Assembly (NCBI GenBank): GCA_035354395.1 | Contig: DAOQAX010000002.1 | Location: 1-51,206 of the forward strand | Direction: 5' to 3' | DNA length: 51,206 nucleotides | From: Bacteroidales bacterium | GTDB lineage: Bacteria; Bacteroidota; Bacteroidia; Bacteroidales; VadinHA17 | Shown here: piece by piece, positions 7,939-17,500 of the stretch | Layout: every line of letters begins with the position of its first letter | How positions within the stretch are numbered: the first letter of the stretch is position 1 | The notes under the pieces: generated by a model | Databases searched by the model: none | Told to the model about the DNA's origin: nothing | Seen by the model: only the letters and a program-made list of their open reading frames with translations | Position numbers and translations under genes: made by a program

Positions 7939-10770
7939 ATGGTTACAGGTAACTATAAAGTACTCTACGAACGTCTGATAAAACATATCGATCAGAAAAG
8001 GATTTTTCATGATCCTCTTCATACTCTGGCTTTCGGTACTGATGCCAGCTTTTATAAGCTTATCCCTAAAATGGTGATAAAAGCAAAGGATGAAAAGGAA
8101 GTATCTCTGATTCTTCAGGAAAGCTCCATGCTGGCTATTCCGGTAACCTTCAGGGCAGCAGGAACAAGCCTTTCGGGCCAGGCTGTAACCGATTCCGTTC
8201 TGGTAATGACAGGAGAAGAGTGGAAGGGCTATCAGGTAATGGATAACGGTAAAAAAATCCGGGTTCAGCCAGGATTGACGGGAGGAAAAATAAATAGGCT
8301 TCTTGCACCGTTCGGACGTAAAATAGGACCAGATCCGGCATCAATTAACTCGGCAACAATAGGAGGTATAATTGCAAATAATGCAAGCGGAATGAGTTGC
8401 GGAACCGTCAGGAATGCCTTTAAAACAATTCAAAGCATAAGGATAATCCTTACAGACGGGACCATTCTTGATACCGGAGACGCTGCAAGCAAAAATGAAT
8501 TCATTGATTCTCATCAGAAATTTGTAGAAGATATTATTTCTCTTGCATCAGCAGTAAAGAACAATATGGAAGTTGCAGAGAGAATCCGGAAAAAGTACAG
8601 AATGAAAAACACCACCGGATACAGTCTTAATGCATTGACAGACTTTTCTGATCCTTTTGATGTAATAGAACATCTTATGGTCGGATCAGAAGGCACATTG
8701 GGCTTCATTTCTGAAGTGACCCTTAACACGGTAGCCGAGAGTCATTTCAAGGCCAGTGCATTGATGATCTTTTCTGATATTGAAAAAGCATGCACTGCTG
8801 TTTCAACTCTTAAATCAGCACCTGTTGTTGCCGTTGAACTTATTGACCGGGCTGGTTTACGATCTGTTGAAAATGAAGCCGGGATGCCAGGTTATCTGAA
8901 AAATCTTCAGCAAAATGCCTGTGCAATACTTGTTGAAACGGCTGCTGACATTAAGCCGGATCTGGATAAGCAGATAAAAACGATATTGGACACTCTAAAT
9001 GATATCCCTACTGAAATCCCGATACATTTCACAGACATCCCTGAAGAATATGCCGTTTACTGGAAGATACGAGAGGGTTTGTTCCCCTCAGTAGGCGGTA
9101 TGAGGGCAAAAGGGACCACAGTTATAATTGAAGATGTTGCATTTCCTGTACAGAAACTGGCCTCAGCCACTCTCGATCTGCAAAAGCTTCTGAATAAATA
9201 TGAGTATAAAGATTCTGTTATCTATGGTCATGCCCTGGAAGGTAATCTCCACTTTATTTTCAGTCAGGATTTCAAATCCAAAGAAGAGATTGCCAGATAT
9301 GAAAATCTTATGGCCGATGTTGCCGACCTGGTTGTAAATAAATATGACGGATCGCTCAAAGCAGAACATGGAACCGGACGGAATGTAGCTCCTTTTGTTG
9401 AAAAGGAATGGGGAAAGGAAGCCTATATCCTGATGCATATGATTAAAGATTTATTTGACCCGCAAAACATTCTCAATCCAGGTGTCATACTGAATAACGA
9501 TCCTAAAGTTCATCTTAAGAATCTTAAGCCGATCCCTGTTGCCGATGACCTTATTGACAAGTGTATTGAATGCGGCTTCTGTGAGCCTTCATGTGTTGCA
9601 GCCGGACTTACTTTATCTCCAAGGCAAAGGATTGTTGTTTACAGGGAAATGATGACCCTGAAAACCAGCGGGCAGGAACCTCATATTGCAGCATCGCTGG
9701 CAAAAGCTTTTTCATACGAAGGAAACAACACCTGCGCAACAGATGGTCTGTGTGCTTCCGGTTGTCCCGTGAAAATCGATACAGGAAAGCTGATCAAACA
9801 TATCAGAACAGAAGAAATAGGTACACATCAGGGTGTTGCAAACTGGATTGCTGGCCACATGAGTACTGTCACTGCTTTTGCGCGGACAGCTCTTTCACTG
9901 GTCAACTTTTTCCATATTTTACTTGGATCCTCTTTAATGAAATGGATAGCCACAGGTCTTAGGAAAATATCATTTGGTGTAATCCCTCTCTGGACCAAAT
10001 ATATGCCATCCGGAGCAAAAAAGATTAAGGTTAATGAACCGGTATCAGATAGCTCCCGTAAAGTGGTATACTTCCCTTCATGCATAAACCGTTCAATGGG
10101 AGTATCACGTGAGCATCGTGAGGAAAAACAGTTGTCAGAAAAAATGATCGATCTTATACATAAAGGCGGTTACGAGGTGATTTATCCCGAAAATCTGAAC
10201 AGTCTTTGTTGTGGTATGGCATTTTTAAGCAAAGGATATATTGACGCAGGAAAGAAAAAATCCTCAGAACTTGAAGCAGCACTCCTGAATGCAAGCAAAA
10301 ACGGAGAATACCCGGTTCTTTGTGACATGAGCCCGTGTCTGTATACCATGAGAGATAACATAAAATCGAGCCTGAGACTTCTTGAACCGGTTGAGTTTAT
10401 CACAGAATATCTTCTTCCTCATCTTACCATAACACCAATAGATGAAACCGTTGAGGTATTTCCTGTATGCAGCATGAAGAAGATGGGACTTGACGGTAAG
10501 CTTGCAGACCTTGCAAGGCTTTGCGCCAAAAAGGTAATTGTAGCCGATACAAATTGCTGTGGATTTGCCGGCGATCGTGGATTTACATATCCGGAACTGA
10601 ATAAGTACGGATTACGAAATCTGAAAGATCAATTGCCCGAAACAGTAACTCATGGATATTCGACAAGCCGTACGTGTGAGATTGGCATGAGTTTTCATTC
10701 AGGAGTGTCACATAAGTCAATAGTATATCTTGTTGACAAGACAAGCAGTCCAAAAATAAATTCGATTTAA
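7939..10770 (+). CDS. FAD-binding and (Fe-S)-binding oxidoreductase, YdiJ / D-lactate or D-2-hydroxyacid dehydrogenase-like
   Basis: 943 aa. FAD-binding PCMH-type region (IPVTFRAAGTSLSGQA, GSEGTLGFISEVTL), VAO-type C-terminal part (GSLKAEHGTGR), ferredoxin-like motifs CIECGFCEPSC and CATDGLCASGCP, and two CCG motifs (LCCGMAF, NCCGFAGDRG). Confidence 0.85.
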   Translation: MVTGNYKVLYERLIKHIDQKRIFHDPLHTLAFGTDASFYKLIPKMVIKAKDEKEVSLILQESSMLAIPVTFRAAGTSLSGQAVTDSVLVMTGEEWKGYQVMDNGKKIRVQPGLTGGKINRLLAPFGRKIGPDPASINSATIGGIIANNASGMSCGTVRNAFKTIQSIRIILTDGTILDTGDAASKNEFIDSHQKFVEDIISLASAVKNNMEVAERIRKKYRMKNTTGYSLNALTDFSDPFDVIEHLMVGSEGTLGFISEVTLNTVAESHFKASALMIFSDIEKACTAVSTLKSAPVVAVELIDRAGLRSVENEAGMPGYLKNLQQNACAILVETAADIKPDLDKQIKTILDTLNDIPTEIPIHFTDIPEEYAVYWKIREGLFPSVGGMRAKGTTVIIEDVAFPVQKLASATLDLQKLLNKYEYKDSVIYGHALEGNLHFIFSQDFKSKEEIARYENLMADVADLVVNKYDGSLKAEHGTGRNVAPFVEKEWGKEAYILMHMIKDLFDPQNILNPGVILNNDPKVHLKNLKPIPVADDLIDKCIECGFCEPSCVAAGLTLSPRQRIVVYREMMTLKTSGQEPHIAASLAKAFSYEGNNTCATDGLCASGCPVKIDTGKLIKHIRTEEIGTHQGVANWIAGHMSTVTAFARTALSLVNFFHILLGSSLMKWIATGLRKISFGVIPLWTKYMPSGAKKIKVNEPVSDSSRKVVYFPSCINRSMGVSREHREEKQLSEKMIDLIHKGGYEVIYPENLNSLCCGMAFLSKGYIDAGKKKSSELEAALLNASKNGEYPVLCDMSPCLYTMRDNIKSSLRLLEPVEFITEYLLPHLTITPIDETVEVFPVCSMKKMGLDGKLADLARLCAKKVIVADTNCCGFAGDRGFTYPELNKYGLRNLKDQLPETVTHGYSTSRTCEIGMSFHSGVSHKSIVYLVDKTSSPKINSI

Positions 10771-10793
10771 AAAATCACTATTATCCTTGCTAT

Positions 10794-12185
10794 ATGAAAA
10801 AGACGATTTCTTTTCCGGTAGTTACATTATTTCTTTTGATTTCTTTGCTTTCTGCAGGTGTTACATTTTCCAGAAATGCAAATGATCCTGCAGCCGGGTG
10901 GAGAGCTGGTGTTGCCAGGACATTAATAACGCCCCAGGAACCGATGTGGATGGCCGGATATGCATTCAGGGATCACCCTGCAGAAGGGACCGTTAATGAT
11001 CTGTGGGCTAAAGCCCTTATACTTGAAGATATGAAGGGTAACAGAGCATTGCTTATTACCACGGATATTGAATCTTTCCCGAAGTATACATCCGACCGTA
11101 TCAGGAACAGGATCAAAGAGACCTACGGATTGGAAAAAGCGCAGATAATACTGAACGGATCGCATACACATTCAGGACCGGTCATACAGGGAATGTATGA
11201 TGTCATTTACACCAATGATCCGGGAGAACTAAAGAAGGTCAGAGATTACTCTTTGAAGTTTGAGGATAAGATAGTTGCATTAGTAGGTGAAGCAATAAAA
11301 TCAATGAAACCGGCTCAGATATACTCACAGAACGGTGTTACACGTTTCCAGGTGAACAGAAGGAATAACAGTGAAAAGGACTTCCTCAAGCAGACTGAGA
11401 TAAAAGGTCCAAATGACTATGCAGTTCCGGTACTAAAAATTACTGATGCCTCCGGCACCATGATGGCTGTAGCATTCGGATATGCCTGTCATAACACTAC
11501 TTTAAGTGCATATGAGTGGTGCGGTGATTATGCCGGATTTGCACAGGAAGAACTAGAAAAGATGCATCCGGGATTAACTGCAATGTTCTTCCAGGGGGCC
11601 GGTGCTGATCAGAATCCGATACCGCGCGGGACTGTAGCTCTTGCCCGGCAATATGGGAAAACGCTTGCTGCAGCTACCGAGAGAGTGCTCAGTGAAGAAA
11701 TGCACGAACTGAAACCCATTATTAAAACAAGGTATTCAGAGATAAAACTGGAGTTTGAGAAACCGATGACAAAAGATGAACTGAAAAAAATAATAAGTGA
11801 ATCAGAGGGTTATATTAAGAGTTGGGCAGAGGACTATCTTCAAAGAAATGAAAAAGATCAGCCTATCATGACCTCATATAAATACCCTTTGCAGATATGG
11901 AAACTTGGTGATCAGGCAATAATTGGTATGGGCGGAGAAGTGGTTGTTGATTATGCAATCAAACTAAAACAGACATTTGGCCAGGATATATTTGTTATGG
12001 GATATTGCAATGATGTGATGGCTTACATCCCCACAGCCGAAACCCTTAAGGAAGGAGGATATGAAGGAGCCATATCACAGATGGCATTCGGATTACCTGC
12101 TGTGTGGAAAGCAAATATTGAAACTGAAATAATAGATGAGATACATAGATTAGCCAGAAAGACAGGGATGAAAAAAGTTAATTAA
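10794..12185 (+). CDS. Secreted neutral/alkaline ceramidase N-terminal-domain-like hydrolase
   Basis: 463 aa with a signal peptide. The pattern WRAGVARTLITPQEPMWMAGY ... LWAKALILED ... LITTDI ... NGSHTHSGP resembles the ceramidase N-terminal domain as I remember it. Only 23 nt downstream of the oxidoreductase gene. Confidence 0.5.
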   Translation: MKKTISFPVVTLFLLISLLSAGVTFSRNANDPAAGWRAGVARTLITPQEPMWMAGYAFRDHPAEGTVNDLWAKALILEDMKGNRALLITTDIESFPKYTSDRIRNRIKETYGLEKAQIILNGSHTHSGPVIQGMYDVIYTNDPGELKKVRDYSLKFEDKIVALVGEAIKSMKPAQIYSQNGVTRFQVNRRNNSEKDFLKQTEIKGPNDYAVPVLKITDASGTMMAVAFGYACHNTTLSAYEWCGDYAGFAQEELEKMHPGLTAMFFQGAGADQNPIPRGTVALARQYGKTLAAATERVLSEEMHELKPIIKTRYSEIKLEFEKPMTKDELKKIISESEGYIKSWAEDYLQRNEKDQPIMTSYKYPLQIWKLGDQAIIGMGGEVVVDYAIKLKQTFGQDIFVMGYCNDVMAYIPTAETLKEGGYEGAISQMAFGLPAVWKANIETEIIDEIHRLARKTGMKKVN

Positions 12186-12331
12186 CATTAAAAAACATCT
12201 TCAAAGAAAGATATAGCAAGGTCAAAAAGGCTACATTTCTAAATGTAATACAGCTTTTATAGTATTACCCATACATAGGTTAAAATATATTAACAAAAAT
12301 CTTCACCTACATGAAAGTAAAAGATTAAAAC

Positions 12332-12339
12332 TATTTTTG
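12332..12339 (+). promoter_or_regulatory. Candidate -7 box (TAnnTTTG) for the PUL-1 ECF sigma gene
   Basis: tatttttg matches TAnnTTTG. 23 nt separate the box from the ATG at 12363, the same spacing as at the second sigma gene (27518-27525). Confidence 0.4.
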
Positions 12340-12362
12340 GACAAGATTAAAAGCTAATTCCT

Positions 12363-12947
12363 ATGAAAATCTTTCCAAGTGATTATGATTTGGTTGAAAG
12401 GCTTCAGAAAGGAGAAGCAGAAGCTTTTGATCTTATTTATGATAAATATTCCGGAAAGCTTTATGCATTCAGTTTTAAATATCTGAGATCTGCTGATGAA
12501 GCAGAAGAGCTTGTTCAGTCAGTTTTTCTTAAGATATGGGAAAATCGTAAATACCTCAAAAAGGAATCATCTTTAAAATCATTTCTCTTTACAATTGCCT
12601 ATAACGATATATGTAAATTTTTCAGAAGAAAGAGTTACCTGCATAAATTCATTAATGATTCGCTTGTTGAGAATTCTCTTCAAGCTTTTGAAATTGATGA
12701 AAAAATTGAATACCAGTCTGCTTTGGAAAGAGTTAAACAGTTAATTAACAAGCTGCCTGACAGACAAAAAGTGATTTTCAAAAAAAGCCGTGAGGAAGGT
12801 AAAACCACAAAAGAGATAGCAGCAGAGCTGGAACTTTCACCAGGAACTGTTGACAATTACATATCAAATTCTCTTAGATTCATTCGTAGCAGGCTTATGA
12901 AAGATGGTATTACTTTCTTGCTCTTACCAACTCTTTTTTTTATTTAA
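12363..12947 (+). CDS. ECF (sigma-70 family) RNA polymerase sigma factor, Bacteroidetes PUL type
   Basis: 194 aa. Region 2 (AEELVQSVFLKIWENR), region 4 HTH (KTTKEIAAELELSPGTVDNYISNSLRFIR). Followed by FecR and SusC genes. Confidence 0.9.
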   Translation: MKIFPSDYDLVERLQKGEAEAFDLIYDKYSGKLYAFSFKYLRSADEAEELVQSVFLKIWENRKYLKKESSLKSFLFTIAYNDICKFFRRKSYLHKFINDSLVENSLQAFEIDEKIEYQSALERVKQLINKLPDRQKVIFKKSREEGKTTKEIAAELELSPGTVDNYISNSLRFIRSRLMKDGITFLLLPTLFFI

Positions 12948-13176
12948 ATATAAACTATTTGGCTCTCTAAAGCATTTTCATTTTGACATTTAGAAGATCT
13001 TTCTACAAATTAAGTTGTATCATCACGCCATTTTTTTTATGAGATCTATAGTTATCGTGGGTATTACTACAAGAAGCAGAAGCATAATAAAATATAAAAG
13101 CTGATTTTTTTATTAAGCTATTTATATTTTAAAAGCATCAGGTTGTATTTTTCCAGGTTAGTATTATTTATGAATT

Positions 13177-13245
13177 CTGACAGGTAGTTGCTGATATTGT
13201 TAAATAAAGTTGTCTGATTTTGCAACACCTGTCAGTTTTTATTTA
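13177..13245 (+). terminator. Terminator-like long inverted repeat inside the sigma / anti-sigma spacer
   Basis: ctgacaggtagttgc (13177-13191) pairs with gcaacacctgtcag (13222-13235): 14 bp with one bulge, followed by ttttt attt. The 30-nt loop is atypically large for an intrinsic terminator. Confidence 0.3.
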
Positions 13246-13399
13246 AGGAATGAAGTCCCGGTAAAAGCAAATTTTCATGAATAAATTAAAAAGAATGATG
13301 ACTTTATTAAAAAATAATATGAGATTCTTATTGCTGGTGGATATAACATTTACTGGGGAAATAATTATTAATAATTGAACCAAACTAAAGCTGTCAATT

Positions 13400-14455
13400 T
13401 TGAAAGATGAAGAGATAAATAAAATAGAACGATATCTTAATGGAAAATCCAGCCTGGAGGAAAGAGACTGGGTTGAATCATTATTTTCTAAAGGGGAAAA
13501 TAATGAATTTTTAAAGGATCTCGTTCGAAGAGACTGGGACGATATTATCAAAGATCCATCTGTTCCCGAAGCTGATCTTCATCATTTACTTGACAGAGTT
13601 CATCACACAATTCATAAAAATGAAATATTAAAAAAGAAGAAGCCTTTACAAAGATTTATCAATGTTTACTCCAGGATTGCCGCTTTGTTGCTACTACCTT
13701 TATTAGTCGGAGGAGGACTTTTCTTCAGACATCAAAACCAGATTGAAAATGCACCAACCGACCAAGAGGTTAAATCTATAATATATGCTCCCCTGGGCTC
13801 CAGGGTATCCTTTAATCTGCCAGACGGTACAGATGGCATGCTTAACAGTGGTTCTTTTCTTAGTTACTCTCTTCCGTTTTCCAATAACAGGAAGATAAAG
13901 CTGGAAGGTGAAGCATGGTTTGAGGTCAAACACGATAAAAGTCATCCATTTGAAATAAATGCAGGTAGTTCAACTGTTAAAGTATTAGGGACCAGCCTGA
14001 ATGTGAACGCTTATCCTTCTGAAGAATATGTCGAAGTAGTCCTTAAACAAGGGGAGGTTGAATTCTTAGATAAGAATGGTGAAGAACCATTGACTATGCG
14101 ACCTTCAGAAAGATTGGTTTATAAGCATGGAAATATAACAAAATCTGTGACTGATCCGGCTAAATATAATGCCTGGACAGAAGGCAAACTTGTCTTTAGA
14201 GGTGACCCAATGGCCGAAGTGGCCAGAAGAATAGAGAGATGGTACAATGTGAAAGTAAACATAGCCGATAGTGAACTTGAGAAATACTCATTCCGTGCGA
14301 CTTTTAATGACGATACACTGGAAGATGTCATGCATTTTTTAAGTATGACTTCTCCCATAAGTTATTCTATCACCCCTCGTATTATGTCAGAAGATGGAAC
14401 TTACAAAAAAGAAGAGGTGACCATTTTTAAGAAAAAAATAATCCTTCATCATTAA
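13400..14455 (+). CDS. FecR-family anti-sigma factor / transmembrane sensor
   Basis: 351 aa. N-terminus INKIERYLNGKSS, a single TM helix (IAALLLLPLLVGGGLFF), FecR domain (GEAWFEVKHDKSHPFEINAGSSTVKVLGTSLNV) and a C-terminal RWYNVKVNI segment. It must start at the TTG at 13400 because there is no in-frame ATG for about 145 codons. Confidence 0.85.
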   Translation: MKDEEINKIERYLNGKSSLEERDWVESLFSKGENNEFLKDLVRRDWDDIIKDPSVPEADLHHLLDRVHHTIHKNEILKKKKPLQRFINVYSRIAALLLLPLLVGGGLFFRHQNQIENAPTDQEVKSIIYAPLGSRVSFNLPDGTDGMLNSGSFLSYSLPFSNNRKIKLEGEAWFEVKHDKSHPFEINAGSSTVKVLGTSLNVNAYPSEEYVEVVLKQGEVEFLDKNGEEPLTMRPSERLVYKHGNITKSVTDPAKYNAWTEGKLVFRGDPMAEVARRIERWYNVKVNIADSELEKYSFRATFNDDTLEDVMHFLSMTSPISYSITPRIMSEDGTYKKEEVTIFKKKIILHH

Positions 14456-14511
14456 TCATAAATAAATCAGCTGTAATATGAAAACAACCAATAAAACTTA
14501 AATCCTACTAC

Positions 14512-14542
14512 AAAAAAAGGAAACCGTTGGCGCGATTTCCCC
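14512..14542 (-). terminator. Minus-strand intrinsic terminator in the anti-sigma / susC intergenic region (PUL-1)
   Basis: The minus-strand RNA reads GGGGAAAUCG-CGCCAA-CGGUUUCCUU followed by UUUUUG. Three stem positions are G.U on the minus strand but A.C mismatches on the plus strand. No minus-strand CDS lies nearby. Confidence 0.5.
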
Positions 14543-14576
14543 AAAAACATCATTTTGATATTTTTTAACTTAAAAA
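14512..14576 (-). ncRNA. Candidate cis-antisense sRNA (DonS-like) opposite the susC-1 5' UTR
   Basis: Bounded by a minus-strand -7 box (14582-14589) and the minus-strand terminator (14512-14542). The 5' end is inferred from box spacing only. Confidence 0.3.
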
Positions 14577-14581
14577 CATTG

Positions 14582-14589
14582 CAAATCTA
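14582..14589 (-). promoter_or_regulatory. Minus-strand TAnnTTTG box overlapping the susC-1 start codon
   Basis: Plus-strand caaatcta is tagatttg on the minus strand, an exact TAnnTTTG. The same arrangement (CAAATyTATG) occurs at susC-2. Confidence 0.35.
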
Positions 14590-17500
14590 TGAAAAAAAAC
14601 GAACCCTTCGGGGAATTGTTTTATCGTTCCCTGAAAAAAACCCTACCAATCATGCGTAATGCTATTATTCTCTTGTTTGTCGGAATTCTTCAAGCAAACG
14701 CTATCGATTCCTATTCTCAGAAGACAAGGCTTTCATTGAATTTTGCCGACACTAAATTAGTCACAGTACTTGATAACATTGAATCGGAAAGCGATTTCTT
14801 CTTTCTCTACAATGAAAAACTGCTTGATACTGAACGTAAAGTTGATGTAACAGCTAATAACGAGTTAATCAATATAATACTTGATGATCTGTTCAGAGAT
14901 ACTGATGTTAAATATACGATTATCGATCATAAAATAATACTGGCACCGGAAAGTCTGACCAAGACTTCTGAAACATCTAAAATAACTGAACAACAACAGA
15001 TTGTCGTTAAAGGTAAAGTCACAAGCAATACAGGAGAATCCCTACCCGGAGTATATGTCACAATAAAGGGTACAACATTAGGAGTAAATACCGACATCGA
15101 GGGCAACTATTCGATTCAGGTGCCTGATGATAAGTCAACATTGCTATTTTCATTTATTGGTTTTGCCCCACAGGAAGTTGTTGTAGGAAACCAAAATGTT
15201 ATAAACATTACACTATCAGAGAGTATGTTGCAGATAACTGAGGTAGTTGTGACTGCTCTTGGAATAAAAAGGGAAAAGAAAGCTTTGCCTTACTCTGTTT
15301 CAGAAGTAAAAGGAGAAGAGTTTACGCAGGCGAAGGAAAACAACATAGGTACTGCCCTGGTAGGAAAAATAGCAGGTGTTAATGCAACTGGTCTTAATAC
15401 AGGCCCCGGTGGTTCAAGCCGCATTATTATCAGAGGAAATGGATCACTGACAGGTGCTAATCAGCCTTTGTATGTTGTAAATGGCATGCCAATCGACAAC
15501 ACCACTCCCGGAGGCTCTGCAACAACCAATGGTGGTGCAGGTAATGTTGACAGAGGAGACGGAATGGCAGGCATAAATTCTGACGACATAGAATCAATAA
15601 GTGTATTAAAAGGTGGTACAGCTGCAGCATTATATGGATCAAGAGCTGCTAACGGAGTTATTCTCATTACCACAAAAAAAGGTGTCGCACAAAAAGGTAT
15701 TGGAGTAGAGTACAACAGCACATTCACAATGGAGACTCCTTCTATATTTCCTGACTGGCAATACGAATACGGTCAGGGTGACCTTGGAAGAAAACCAACA
15801 ACAAAATCAGAGGCAATAGGCTGGGGCCGCCGCTCCTGGGGAGCAAAGATTGATGGTTCTGATTATATTGCAGCTGATGGTCTTATACATCCATATTCAG
15901 CTCAGAAGAACAACATTAAAAATTTCTATCAGACAGCAAAAAATTTCACCAACACTATTGCATTTAATGGTGGCAGTGAAGGATTAACCTACAGGTTTTC
16001 TCTATCTGATCTGAATAGCAGCAGTGTTCTGCCAAATTCGACATATAACCGTAAGACATCAAACCTTAATCTTAATGGGAAATTTGGAAAGTTCACTGTT
16101 CAGGCATTGGCCCAATATACTCTTGAAGATGCAAAAAACAGGCCAACAGCTGGAGACGCAACAGGAAACCCGAACTGGACCGCATTGATGATTGCTAATA
16201 CTGCAGATATAAGATGGTTATCACCCGGGTATGATGCTCTCAATAATGAAATACCCTGGAATGACGCTGATGTTGCAACAAACGGGTATTTTGTTGTAAA
16301 CAAATTTCAGCAGAAAGATACAAGAAACCGCTTCATAGGACAAGCTAGTATAAACTATGATATAATGGAAAATCTTTCTGTAAAAGGAGTTGTAAGCAGG
16401 GACTTTTATAACTACAACTACAAGTTTATTGTACCTACAGGAACAAGATATTCAGTAAACGGTAATTATAATGCCCTGAAAACCGACGTTGCAGAAACAA
16501 ACTCAATGGTTAACATCAACTATAAAAAAGATTTTGGGAAATCATTTAATATTGTAGCCATGGCTGGCGCTAACAGCCGTACATACGAGTACCTGGAAAA
16601 TTCGATTTCAGGAAGCCAGTTTATAATACCATACTTCTACAGCCAGACAAATTTAAACACAATTACTCCGGCGGTTAACAATCAAAAAATTGAAACAAAT
16701 TCTATTTTCGGCTCCGTGGACGCTGGATATAAAGGAATGGTTTATTTAACCTTTACCGGCAGAAATGACTGGTTCTCCACATTAAGTCCAAAAAATAACA
16801 GTATTTTTTATCCTTCAATCGGTGGAAGCTTTTTATTGTCACAGGCTGTTGAATTACCCGAAACAATAAGCTTTGCAAAACTAAGAGCTTCATGGGCCCA
16901 GGTCGGTGGAGCCACTCCTGATCCTTATGCTATCAATCTGACATACAGCATGACTCCAAGTTCTGGTATTCCTTTGCAGGATGTAAGTAAAAACTCTATA
17001 AACAATAACACCATAACCAATGCAAACTTAAAGCCGTTGACTTCAACAACTGCTGAATTTGGTATGGATTTACAGTTTTTTGACAGTAAACTCAGGTTAG
17101 ACCTTACATATTATGACAGGAAGACTACAAACGATATCGTAACTACTGCCATATCTTTAGCAAGTGGTTATAACAATGTCATTTTAAATGTCGGTGAACT
17201 TAAAAATAAGGGAATTGAAACACTGATAGGTGCCACCCTGGTAAAAGCAGGAGATTTTTCGTGGAATACAAGTTATAACCTCGCCTATAACAAGAATAAT
17301 GTTGTAAAACTGGCTGAAGGACTGGATCAGATTCAGATGGCCACCACAGTAAACAACTATGCTTATATAAACAATATTGTAGGCAGACCCTATGGTACTA
17401 TTGTAGGTACCAGAATTCAAAAAGACGAAAACGGAAACACTGTATACAACCAGGCCACAGGAAATCCGGTAGCAACCGGGTTACAGGTACTTGGTAATGG

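Noticed and set aside
13277-13378. 33-codon ORF (MNKLKRMMTLLKNNMRFLLLVDITFTGEIIINN) just upstream of the FecR-1 TTG start; considered as a leader peptide
   Set aside because: It has an AT-rich codon make-up and no recognisable signal. A single occurrence cannot be distinguished from chance.
13243-13551. 102-aa minus-strand ORF overlapping the FecR-1 start
   Set aside because: It is Ser/Ile/Leu-rich and low-complexity, and antisense to a well-supported FecR N-terminus and AT-rich spacer. I take it as an artefact of AT-rich sequence.
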